Source of the DNA: Candidatus Latescibacterota bacterium
Lineage (GTDB): Bacteria > Latescibacterota > UBA2968
Assembly: GCA_038279365.1 (NCBI GenBank)
Contig: JAYODI010000088.1
Coordinates: 1-23,521, forward strand
DNA: 23,521 nt
Direction: 5' to 3'
The notes below the pieces were generated by a model. The model did not search any database and was not told the origin of the DNA. It saw only the letters and a list, made by a program, of their open reading frames with translations. Below are positions 1 to 6,889 of the stretch, piece by piece (the stretch's first letter is position 1; each line of letters begins with the position of its first letter). The translations under genes were made by a program, and so were the position numbers.

Positions 1-125
1 CGCGACAATGAGATGCGCGTGCTGCTGCCCCACTGAGCCTGTGCGGTGGTCACAAAACCAGCCAAGCACATGCCTACTCCGGCAAAAAAGCCGGATATAT
101 AAATCCATAACTTTTTCTGATTCAT
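1..125 (-). CDS. Secreted protein, 5' part only (runs off the left edge)
   Basis: ATG at 125 preceded by GAGGGAG. Translates MNQKKLWIYISGFFAGVGMCLAGFVTTAQA-QWGSSTRISLS..., a Sec signal peptide with an AQA cleavage motif. Frame is open to position 1. Not in the ORF track because it is truncated. Confidence 0.8.
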   Translation of the reverse strand, partial: MNQKKLWIYISGFFAGVGMCLAGFVTTAQAQWGSSTRISLS

Positions 126-487
126 TTAAAATTCTCCCTCATAAACAAGGATGATATGACGACAACGGCTTAAACTTTCCCCGGCTCAGTAAAACAGCAC
201 CGATAGGCTGCCCTCCTTTCATAAGCGCAAAACAGCGCATCACTGTTTCAAGAGCCACTACATCTGCAAATTAACCGGCCATAAAAATGCCGGGATGAAC
301 AAAACCGAAATACATAAAGCGCCTGTAACAAGACCCACTCAAAAGTTCCAGTATCACCTGTTGGAAATCTTGTGGCATAAGACCGTTGCGTTGACGTTCC
401 AATCCACGCCAAACAAATGACCTATGAAATTTAAAAGTGTGCTTTGTTACAGACGCTATGAGGAGTAGGTATCCACGATTAGGTAAA

Positions 488-503
488 TGCAAACGCTGTG
501 CCA
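488..503 (-). promoter_or_regulatory. sigma54 (-24/-12) promoter for the leftward gene
   Basis: Minus strand reads TGGCAC-AGCGT-TTGCA, an exact match to TGGCAC-N5-TTGCW. It lies next to a sigma54 activator gene. Confidence 0.85.
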
Positions 504-589
504 TATATCAAAACCTTTTGGATTGTTACAGTTCACCTGTTTTTTTTTAATCTACCACGACAGAGTGACAGCAATGTTTCAGCATACTC

Positions 590-615
590 GACAAATTGTC
601 TAAGACAATTTGTCA
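590..615. promoter_or_regulatory. Tandem palindromic enhancer-like sites (candidate bEBP UAS)
   Basis: GACAAATTGTC (590-600) and GACAATTTGTCA (604-615), about 90-110 bp upstream of the -24 element. The motif recurs at 979-1032 and 2628-2640. Confidence 0.65.
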
Positions 616-977
616 TTATCTGTTATTCGCAACACCCGAATACCCGTGTTTCAATACGCAGCAAACAATGTCTGAAATCTCAGTAATTGTTTTACTTCTT
701 AATCAACGGGCGTGTCTACACCATTGAAGTTTCTTAAGGTAGAAAATGGTCTGTACGACCTATTTTTACTTTGCGTGTCCACCGCAACCACGTCACCAAT
801 GCCATTGCGACAATCACAACCGAAACAGCCAAAATGTGATCTAACATCATCAGGTCCTTTTCATTTGCTTGATAATGAAGTCTCTCGTGCCCTATGCACG
901 CAGATGACCTATACCAAATGCAAGAGACATACCAAATATGAAACACACCATATAAAGCCCTTACCCGACTCCAAAAA

Positions 978-1032
978 TGACAAAATGCCGTGTCAAATTG
1001 TCTGGTCCATGCAAAAACACGACGATTTGCCA
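978..1032. promoter_or_regulatory. Second cluster of degenerate GACAAWWTGTC sites upstream of the activator promoter
   Basis: GACAAAATGCC (979-989), GTCAAATTGTC (992-1002), GACGATTTGCC (1021-1031). Confidence 0.45.
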
Positions 1033-1092
1033 ACACGGCACTTAAGTCTGTATAGCTCTTTGCAATCAGGAGAATGTCTCACCCCTAACGAC

Positions 1093-1121
1093 TTGACAAT
1101 CTCTCATTCACAACCTACTAT
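1093..1121 (+). promoter_or_regulatory. sigma70-type promoter of the activator gene
   Basis: TTGACA (1093-1098), 17 bp spacer, TACTAT (1116-1121); 46 bp before ATG 1168. Confidence 0.7.
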
Positions 1122-1167
1122 AAAGGTGTTTGGTCATATTTTAACTTTCAAGATTAGAGTGCTATTG

Positions 1168-2535
1168 ATGCCAGAAACACAGCACATTTTGATAGCCGAT
1201 AGCGATGATGACCACAGGCGTCATCTCTCCACAATCATTCAATCAGCCGGCTATAACATTCATCCCGTTTCCAATGGCCACCAAGCCATCGAAACCCTTG
1301 AGCAAAATGCCATAGATGTGGTGGTTGCCGACATGGACACCCCAGGTGCCGATGGGCTGGCGATCTTGCGAAAAGCATCTGCCATTATTCCTCCAGTGCC
1401 CGTTATTTTGATATCTGGAGAAAGCGTGATAGAAACAGCTGTGGAATCGTTAAAAAGCGGTGCCTTCGATTTTATTGCTCGCCCTATCCTACCAGCCGTT
1501 TTGTTGCGTGCCCTAGAACGCGCCACAGAACGCCACAAAGTCTTAAAAGCAACTCAGCAAGCAGTACCGGAAGCAGAAATTACAAGCTTTGGTGGATTAT
1601 TGGGTGCATCGCCAGTCATGCAAGACATCTTTGATGAAATCAGACGCTGCGCACCATTTAAAGCCACAGTGCTCATTACGGGTGAAAGTGGCACAGGCAA
1701 AGAACTCGTTGCACGCGCGCTCCATGCATTTAGCCCGTATGGCAAAGGACCGTTTGTTGCCGTCAACTGTTCTGCATTGCCTCACGAACTGGTTGAAAGC
1801 CAACTTTTTGGCCATGAAAAGGGATCATTTACCGGTGCCATTTCAACCCATCAGGGCGTGTTTGAAGCCGCCAAAGATGGCACATTATTTTTAGATGAAA
1901 TTGGCGATTTACCTCTTGAAGCACAAGCCAAGTTGCTTCGAACCGTGGAAGAACGCCAAGTAACCCGTTTGGGCAGCAATACACCCATTCAAGTCAATGT
2001 GCGTTTGCTCACAGCAACCAATGTCGATCTCAAAAAAGCCGTTCAAGATCGACGCTTTCGCGAAGACCTCTACTACCGCCTCAATGTGCTTAACATTTCT
2101 CTCCCGCCTCTGCGCAACCGCCGTGAAGACATTCCCTTGTTGTTGCGTTCTTTTTTTGATCGTTTTGCCAAAGAAAACCACCGCCCCTCCAAGATTCTTT
2201 CACCCGAAGCGTTAACGGCACTCACACAATATCGTTGGCCAGGCAATGTGAGAGAGCTCAAAAACCTCACTGAGCGCATGGCCATCACAGCCAAAAACGA
2301 AACCATTACGCTTCAAGACTTACCTTCCGATGTGCTTGCAGAAACCTCTATTTCGCAACCCGTGGAAGACCATCTGATGGCATTTACAGGTCTTGCCTTA
2401 GAGCAAGTAGAAAGACTTCTTATTGAACGCGCACTGGCACAAGCCCAAAACAACCGCACCCGTGCCGCCGACCAGTTGGGCATCAGTTTGCGCACACTGC
2501 AACGCAAATTGAAAGAATATGAGGAACAGGTCTAA
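1168..2535 (+). CDS. sigma54-dependent response regulator, NtrC/AtoC family (REC - AAA+ - Fis HTH)
   Basis: REC domain (HILIAD...VVADMDTPGADG...GAFDFIARP), Walker A GESGTGKE, GSFTGA loop, Walker B LFLDEIGD, FREDLYYRL, WPGNVREL, and C-terminal HTH NRTRAADQLGISLRTLQRKL. Start moved from 712 to ATG 1168 because the REC domain begins there and a promoter lies just upstream. Confidence 0.95.
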   Translation: MPETQHILIADSDDDHRRHLSTIIQSAGYNIHPVSNGHQAIETLEQNAIDVVVADMDTPGADGLAILRKASAIIPPVPVILISGESVIETAVESLKSGAFDFIARPILPAVLLRALERATERHKVLKATQQAVPEAEITSFGGLLGASPVMQDIFDEIRRCAPFKATVLITGESGTGKELVARALHAFSPYGKGPFVAVNCSALPHELVESQLFGHEKGSFTGAISTHQGVFEAAKDGTLFLDEIGDLPLEAQAKLLRTVEERQVTRLGSNTPIQVNVRLLTATNVDLKKAVQDRRFREDLYYRLNVLNISLPPLRNRREDIPLLLRSFFDRFAKENHRPSKILSPEALTALTQYRWPGNVRELKNLTERMAITAKNETITLQDLPSDVLAETSISQPVEDHLMAFTGLALEQVERLLIERALAQAQNNRTRAADQLGISLRTLQRKLKEYEEQV

Positions 2536-2549
2536 AAACTCACAAAGAC

Positions 2550-2590
2550 AAAGCCCCCTGTAGCAAAGTTGCTATAGGGGGCTTTTTATT
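2550..2590 (+). terminator. Intrinsic terminator
   Basis: AAAGCCCCCTGTAGCAA-AG-TTGCTATAGGGGGCTTT followed by a T-rich tail, just after the activator stop. Confidence 0.9.
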
Positions 2591-2602
2591 ATGCAGGACA
2601 CG

Positions 2603-2698
2603 ATGACCTACCACGTCATAGAAACAATGACAATTTGTCAAAAAAAAGGAAATAATCGTCTATTAACGCGCAATATATCCCTTGGCATACAATTTGAT
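2603..2698 (+). promoter_or_regulatory. Candidate UAS pair plus sigma54-like promoter
   Basis: ATGAC-N7-GTCAT (2603-2619) and TGACAATTTGTCA (2628-2640), then TGGCAT-ACAAT-TTGAT (2683-2698). Spacing is correct, but the -12 element has GA instead of GC. Confidence 0.55.
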
Positions 2699-2737
2699 GA
2701 TTTACCTGGCAGATCATCAAACAGGAGATAACACACA

Positions 2738-2785
2738 ATGAAATTTTCAAATTTTATCGGCAATTACATGACCTTGCTAAAATAA
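2738..2785 (+). CDS. Putative 15-aa micropeptide MKFSNFIGNYMTLLK
   Basis: AGGAG at 2723-2727, ATG 2738, TAA 2783-2785. A sigma54-like promoter lies upstream and an 11-bp hairpin immediately downstream. Confidence 0.5.
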   Translation: MKFSNFIGNYMTLLK

Positions 2786-2825
2786 CAAAAAATGCGCTGA
2801 GGCTTAAAACCTCAGCGCATATTAT
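2786..2825. terminator. Stem-loop, terminator-like
   Basis: ATGCGCTGAGG-CTTAAAA-CCTCAGCGCAT (2792-2820). The A-run on the left gives a U tail on the minus strand; the plus-strand tail (ATTAT) is weak. Confidence 0.65.
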
Positions 2826-2840
2826 ATGGGACACAAAACA

Positions 2841-3182
2841 ATGAATATTCGATGTGAAAGCCTCGACCAAGAGGCCGCATTGCAACGCCACGGCTCAACA
2901 CCGCAATTGAAAAAACGCGCCTTAGAAATACTCCCCTTATGCCATCATAACCTTCGCCTGATGCGTTTGGCCGTTTCAACCCAAAATCTCGAAACGATAG
3001 AACAAGTCGCCCACGACCTCGTAACCCTATTGGGCGAACTGAGTCCGCCAGCAACACTTGACTTGGCCTTGCAAATTGAAAAGTTGGCACGCGCCAAAAA
3101 TCTCATAGATGCTGATATGCTCATCCATCGATTTGAGACCGAACTCGACAAACTCCAAGATCGCCTTTTCCACCTAAATTAA
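2841..3182 (+). CDS. Hpt (histidine phosphotransfer)-like protein
   Basis: Helical protein with IEQVAHDLVTLLGEL...LALQIEKLAR, resembling the Hpt AHxLKG motif. His is kept and KG is degenerate. Start is 2841 (GGGA upstream) or 2826. Confidence 0.7.
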   Translation: MNIRCESLDQEAALQRHGSTPQLKKRALEILPLCHHNLRLMRLAVSTQNLETIEQVAHDLVTLLGELSPPATLDLALQIEKLARAKNLIDADMLIHRFETELDKLQDRLFHLN

Positions 3183-3222
3183 ATGGGTATGCAACATTCA
3201 CGTGTTATGGCCGAAACAAAGG

Positions 3223-4359
3223 TTATGATTCAGGTTTGCGTGTTTCCCACCCCTCTTGAAACAACCGTAAAAAATTCTTTTCCCCATAGGGGTGTTTTTC
3301 GGCCTCTGCTTCATTGAGTTCTACCCCCCAACCCGGTGCATCGGGTACGTTCAAATACCCATCCTGAACGCGCGGAACACCCGATAGCAAATCCCAAGTC
3401 CACGGCTCTAATGAATCATCAAAATTCTCTTGAATCAAAAAATTAGAAATAGATGCATGCATATGTGCATTCACAACCGTACACAAAGGACTTTGGGCCT
3501 GATGACACGCCACCAAAGCCTCTGAGGCTTCTGCTATGCCACACACACGTTTCAAGTTTGACACGCCCAATGCCAACACCTCAGGTTGCACAATATCTAC
3601 CACCTTCGATGCCAACAGATCGACAAATGGCCCCATGCGCTTATAACGCTCACCCGTTGCCACAGGCACATCAATGGCCTTGGCCACCTCAATCGTCGCA
3701 GCCACATCGCTCGAATGTACGGGTGTTTCCAACCACATTGGCGCAAATTCTTCCAAGGCCCGCCCAATGCGAATCGCGTGTGATACTGTAAACCGATCAT
3801 GTGCTTCAATACACAAATCCACATCCGGCCCCACCGCATCACGCACGGCTTTTACAATCGCAACAGACAGCCGTTCACTCTGACGATCAATTTGGCGATG
3901 TGCGCCACCAAAAGGATCAAACTTCATTGCCGTGTATCCCCGATCCACCAACTTGGCTGCTTCTTCAGCAAAAAACACGGGGTCTCTTGGCCCTTGATAC
4001 CACCCGTTGGCATATACGCGCAATGAATCGCGCTGCTTACCTCCTAACAACTGCCAAACGGGAATACCCAAAGATTTGCCCAAAATATCGTAACACGCCA
4101 TTTCGATGCCATTCATACCCGTTGAATAATTGGCAAAACGCCCCTTATACATCTTCTGCCACAAATAATCGGGGTGACGAGGATCTTCACCTATCACAAA
4201 CCGCTTCAATTCTTCTACATCGCCCAAATTGGGTTTGGTGGCCAAACCACCCGTTGCTTCCCCCAACCCAACAAGCCCTTCATCGGTATAGAGCTTTATA
4301 AAAATCCAATTCTTCCAAGGGTTGCCCACCACAAAGGTTTTTAAATCTGTAATTTTCAT
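3223..4359 (-). CDS. Mandelate racemase/muconate lactonizing (enolase superfamily) enzyme, galactonate dehydratase-like
   Basis: N-terminal MKITDLKTFVV...TDEGLVGLGEA, GIEMACYDILGK.LG.PVWQLLGG, YANGW, KFDPF, acidic metal ligands in IEAH, WLETP and TGER, and PDAPGWGVE. RBS AGGAGG. Substrate cannot be determined. Confidence 0.92.
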   Translation of the reverse strand: MKITDLKTFVVGNPWKNWIFIKLYTDEGLVGLGEATGGLATKPNLGDVEELKRFVIGEDPRHPDYLWQKMYKGRFANYSTGMNGIEMACYDILGKSLGIPVWQLLGGKQRDSLRVYANGWYQGPRDPVFFAEEAAKLVDRGYTAMKFDPFGGAHRQIDRQSERLSVAIVKAVRDAVGPDVDLCIEAHDRFTVSHAIRIGRALEEFAPMWLETPVHSSDVAATIEVAKAIDVPVATGERYKRMGPFVDLLASKVVDIVQPEVLALGVSNLKRVCGIAEASEALVACHQAQSPLCTVVNAHMHASISNFLIQENFDDSLEPWTWDLLSGVPRVQDGYLNVPDAPGWGVELNEAEAEKHPYGEKNFLRLFQEGWETRKPES

Positions 4360-4407
4360 ATACTAACACCTCCTATCATCCTAAAAGTACCAATCTATTC
4401 AGCGCCT

Positions 4408-4436
4408 ATAATATGACTTCAATCTGTCTCTGTCAA
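4408..4436 (-). promoter_or_regulatory. sigma70-type promoter of the dehydratase gene
   Basis: Minus strand TTGACA (4436-4431), 17 bp spacer, TATTAT (4413-4408). Confidence 0.75.
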
Positions 4437-4443
4437 TTCAGTT

Positions 4444-4478
4444 AAAAAAAATCCCGAGTGCCTTAAAACACTCGGGAT
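4444..4478 (-). terminator. Intrinsic terminator of the pspA operon
   Basis: ATCCCGAGTG / CACTCGGGAT 10-bp stem with a poly-U tail on the minus strand. Confidence 0.85.
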
Positions 4479-4504
4479 AAAAACATATGCTGTTACAATG
4501 GACA

Positions 4505-4696
4505 TTAATAATAAATGGGCTGCCTCCGCTCACGCGTAACCAAGCGATACCCCACATAAACCAGCAATACTGGAATGGCCAACTTGAGAAGAAACACCGC
4601 TATACCAATAACCGTTCCCACCAAAGCAACCAATATACTCAAAGCAATCATACCACCCACAATGAATAACAACACACCAAATATTTTTGCCAACAT
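4505..4696 (-). CDS. Small membrane protein, PspA partner (LiaI-like by role)
   Basis: About 63 aa, almost entirely hydrophobic, with a basic C-terminal tail (TRERRQPIYY). RBS AGGAGG; starts 29 bp after the pspA stop. Confidence 0.8.
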   Translation of the reverse strand: MLAKIFGVLLFIVGGMIALSILVALVGTVIGIAVFLLKLAIPVLLVYVGYRLVTRERRQPIYY

Positions 4697-4725
4697 CACA
4701 ATACCCTCCTATTCAAAGTACGATG

Positions 4726-5403
4726 CTATGATTGTTTTTTAAACTTAGATTTGAGTGCCAATATTTCTGCATCAACCTTCTTTTTTTGTTCCAATTGATC
4801 AAAGGCCTCATCCAATTCGGGGTTGTTAGCGCCCGTTACCTCGGCATACACTTCGGCAACCACCTCTTCATGGGCAACATCCTGACAAAATTTATCATAG
4901 CGTGCAAACGCTTCAGCATCTCTGATGCCCGTGCAATGGTGCATGTCAGATCGCAAAGCAGCATTCCCTTTTCGTATAATCAAGGCACATTGTCGCGTTT
5001 TGGCAGATTCCAGTTTTGCTTTTAATTCGGTCAACTGCTTTTTTAAAGTGATTGAGACTTCACGTGCCTCTTCAAGGCTTTGTGTCAATGCCGTGACCAC
5101 TTCAAAGACCACCACCTTTTGATGCAACGCCTTGCGGGCCAACTCTTCTTCACCAGCTTCCATGGCCGTTTCAGCTTTGTTTTGCCAGACATCAACAGCC
5201 TCTTTTTTAACGGCCAATTTCTTTTCCAACATCTTTTCATTTGCAACGGCTCGCCCCACTGCGGCAACCGCATCATCTAATGCGCCTTCCATATCCAAAA
5301 CCATTTGGCGCACCATTTTTTTAGGATCTTCCAGTCGGGTTAAAAAGTCGTCCACCTCCGCACGAACCACATCTGCCATCCGGGTTAAAGCACCTCTTGC
5401 CAT
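4726..5403 (-). CDS. pspA: PspA/IM30 family protein
   Basis: N-terminal amphipathic helix then EDPKKMVRQMVLDME, a long coiled coil, GEEELARKAL, and C-terminal VDAEILALK. RBS AAAGGAG; sigma54 promoter upstream as in psp operons. Confidence 0.92.
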   Translation of the reverse strand: MARGALTRMADVVRAEVDDFLTRLEDPKKMVRQMVLDMEGALDDAVAAVGRAVANEKMLEKKLAVKKEAVDVWQNKAETAMEAGEEELARKALHQKVVVFEVVTALTQSLEEAREVSITLKKQLTELKAKLESAKTRQCALIIRKGNAALRSDMHHCTGIRDAEAFARYDKFCQDVAHEEVVAEVYAEVTGANNPELDEAFDQLEQKKKVDAEILALKSKFKKQS

Positions 5404-5449
5404 ATCTTGCTCCTTTCAATGTTCGGGGTAAAATCACACCCCAATCATT

Positions 5450-5465
5450 CGCAAGCCCTGTGCCA
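5450..5465 (-). promoter_or_regulatory. sigma54 promoter of pspA
   Basis: Minus strand TGGCAC-AGGGC-TTGCG, 46 bp upstream of the ATG. Confidence 0.88.
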
Positions 5466-5531
5466 ATTCCAATGACCCTGTTTAAACAAAAAATAAACCA
5501 ATTAATTACAATGCTTTATATATTTTTCCAC

Positions 5532-5579
5532 AAAAAAAACCGCCCATAACATTGGTTAAATACACCAACTTGGGCGGTT
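5532..5579 (-). terminator. Intrinsic terminator of the double-receiver gene
   Basis: AACCGCCCA (5538-5546) pairs with TGGGCGGTT (5571-5579), with an inner TTGGT/ACCAA pair and a poly-U tail on the minus strand. Confidence 0.65.
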
Positions 5580-5612
5580 GAATACACCAAAAACAGTGGA
5601 CGATCTCACTAA
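5552..5612. promoter_or_regulatory. Three 22-bp-phased enhancer-like sites (candidate PspF-type UAS)
   Basis: GGTTAAATACACCAA (5554-5568), GGTTGAATACACCAA (5576-5590), GGACGATCTCACTAA (5598-5612); 90-150 bp upstream of the -24 element. Confidence 0.6.
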
Positions 5613-5630
5613 GAGGATTTGAGTGAGGTC

Positions 5631-6602
5631 TTATTTAGAGCCAGCCAACGCATACTCCAACTTCAAATGCACCTGAAAAGCATCATACGGCTTGGTCATA
5701 AAATCGTCGGCCCCCAACGACATGGCTTTATCGGCAATGCGGGCATCATTAAGTGCTGTCAAAATCAGCACTTTGGTTTGATCACCTCGTGCACGCAATT
5801 GACGCAAGACCTCCAAACCATCTAACCCTGGCATAAAAACATCGAGCAACACCGCATCAAAAGATTTGCTCGCCAACTTCGTTAAAGCCTCTTGGCCATT
5901 AAACGCAGCATCAACCAAATAACCTTGCTCACCCAACACTTCCAATAAACTCAGAGCCACCTCACTGTCATCATCTACAACCAAAATGCGCCCGGCCTTT
6001 GGTGCTCCAACATCAGGGGGTAAAATAATTGGGCGCTTGGGTTGCATCTCTTCTGCAGCCCAATGTAACAGCTGGATCAAGTCTACCCACTTAAAAGGTT
6101 TGGTCAAACAGTATGATACACCCAAATCAAAAATACCTTCGCGCACCATTTGGAAAGTGGCAAACCCAGACAAAATAAATACCTTGGCCTTAGGTGTCAT
6201 CTCTCGAATGGCCCGAATGACATGGATGCCCGACAAATACACACGCTGTGCAAAACCAGATTCACCCAGCTTGATATCGACCAGTGCGATGTCTACACGG
6301 TGATTGCGCACATAATCAACGGCACTTTCACCTGTTGGCATCATGGCAATGGCTTCTTTTGGGTATCCGCGCGAAACCAACACCTCATAAATCATCTCTG
6401 CCAACTGCAACTCATCTTCTACAATAAGCAACTGTGCTGGTTTTTCTAAAAAATCAAAACGCTCTGGCACAGATGCAGGTGACACACCTTCCAAAACCCC
6501 TAAGCGCCCCAATAAGTGCTTTAAATCGGCATATTGCCAACTTTGAATTTGAGGGTTTTTGAGTGCATCGTTATAACAAGCCAAACTCAGATGATGCGCC
6601 AT
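5631..6602 (-). CDS. Response regulator with two receiver domains and no output domain
   Basis: REC1 LLIVEDE...IALVDIKL...LSG...LTKPF and REC2 ILVVDDD...VLLDVFMPGLDG...LTA...MTKPY, plus an N-terminal extension of about 55 aa. Start 6602 chosen from the GGGGAG RBS. Confidence 0.9.
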   Translation of the reverse strand: MAHHLSLACYNDALKNPQIQSWQYADLKHLLGRLGVLEGVSPASVPERFDFLEKPAQLLIVEDELQLAEMIYEVLVSRGYPKEAIAMMPTGESAVDYVRNHRVDIALVDIKLGESGFAQRVYLSGIHVIRAIREMTPKAKVFILSGFATFQMVREGIFDLGVSYCLTKPFKWVDLIQLLHWAAEEMQPKRPIILPPDVGAPKAGRILVVDDDSEVALSLLEVLGEQGYLVDAAFNGQEALTKLASKSFDAVLLDVFMPGLDGLEVLRQLRARGDQTKVLILTALNDARIADKAMSLGADDFMTKPYDAFQVHLKLEYALAGSK

Positions 6603-6822
6603 ATTCATTCTCCCCGACAATGATTTGCGCAATTAAAAATACCCGACGTATAGTTCAAAGGTGGCAAATCTCACCCTATAAAGCAACCTTTTTTCGATTT
6701 AAATTTTCACCGTCACCAGAAAAATTCTCACAAACAACAAGAATTCAACAACTTAATGATTAAATAATTCTATTTGTAAAAAGCAAGACTATTCAAAATA
6801 TACACGCCCATACACACAAAAT

Positions 6823-6864
6823 AAAAAAAGGACGTCAGAAAGTTACCCTTCTGACGTCCTTTTT
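6823..6864. terminator. Bidirectional intrinsic terminator ending the TBDR cassette
   Basis: AAAAAGGACGTCAGAA-8 nt-TTCTGACGTCCTTTTT. Confidence 0.9.
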
Positions 6865-6889
6865 AATTTCCCTGCGCCGGGAGGCTTAT

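Noticed and set aside
373-390. TGGCAT...TTGCG as a plus-strand sigma54 promoter
   Set aside because: The spacer is 7 bp instead of the strict 5 bp.
271-504. 77-aa minus-strand ORF MAQRLHL...
   Set aside because: Its start codon lies in the -24 element of the sigma54 promoter, upstream of the predicted TSS. No RBS or recognisable features.
783-798. Minus-strand TGGTGA-N5-TTGCG as a second sigma54 promoter
   Set aside because: GG-N10-GC spacing is right but the -24 box is poor and no gene follows closely. Too weak to call.
712-1167. 152-aa N-terminal extension of the activator in the ORF track
   Set aside because: No recognisable domain or RBS. It overlaps a good sigma70 promoter and the palindrome cluster, and the REC domain starts at ATG 1168.
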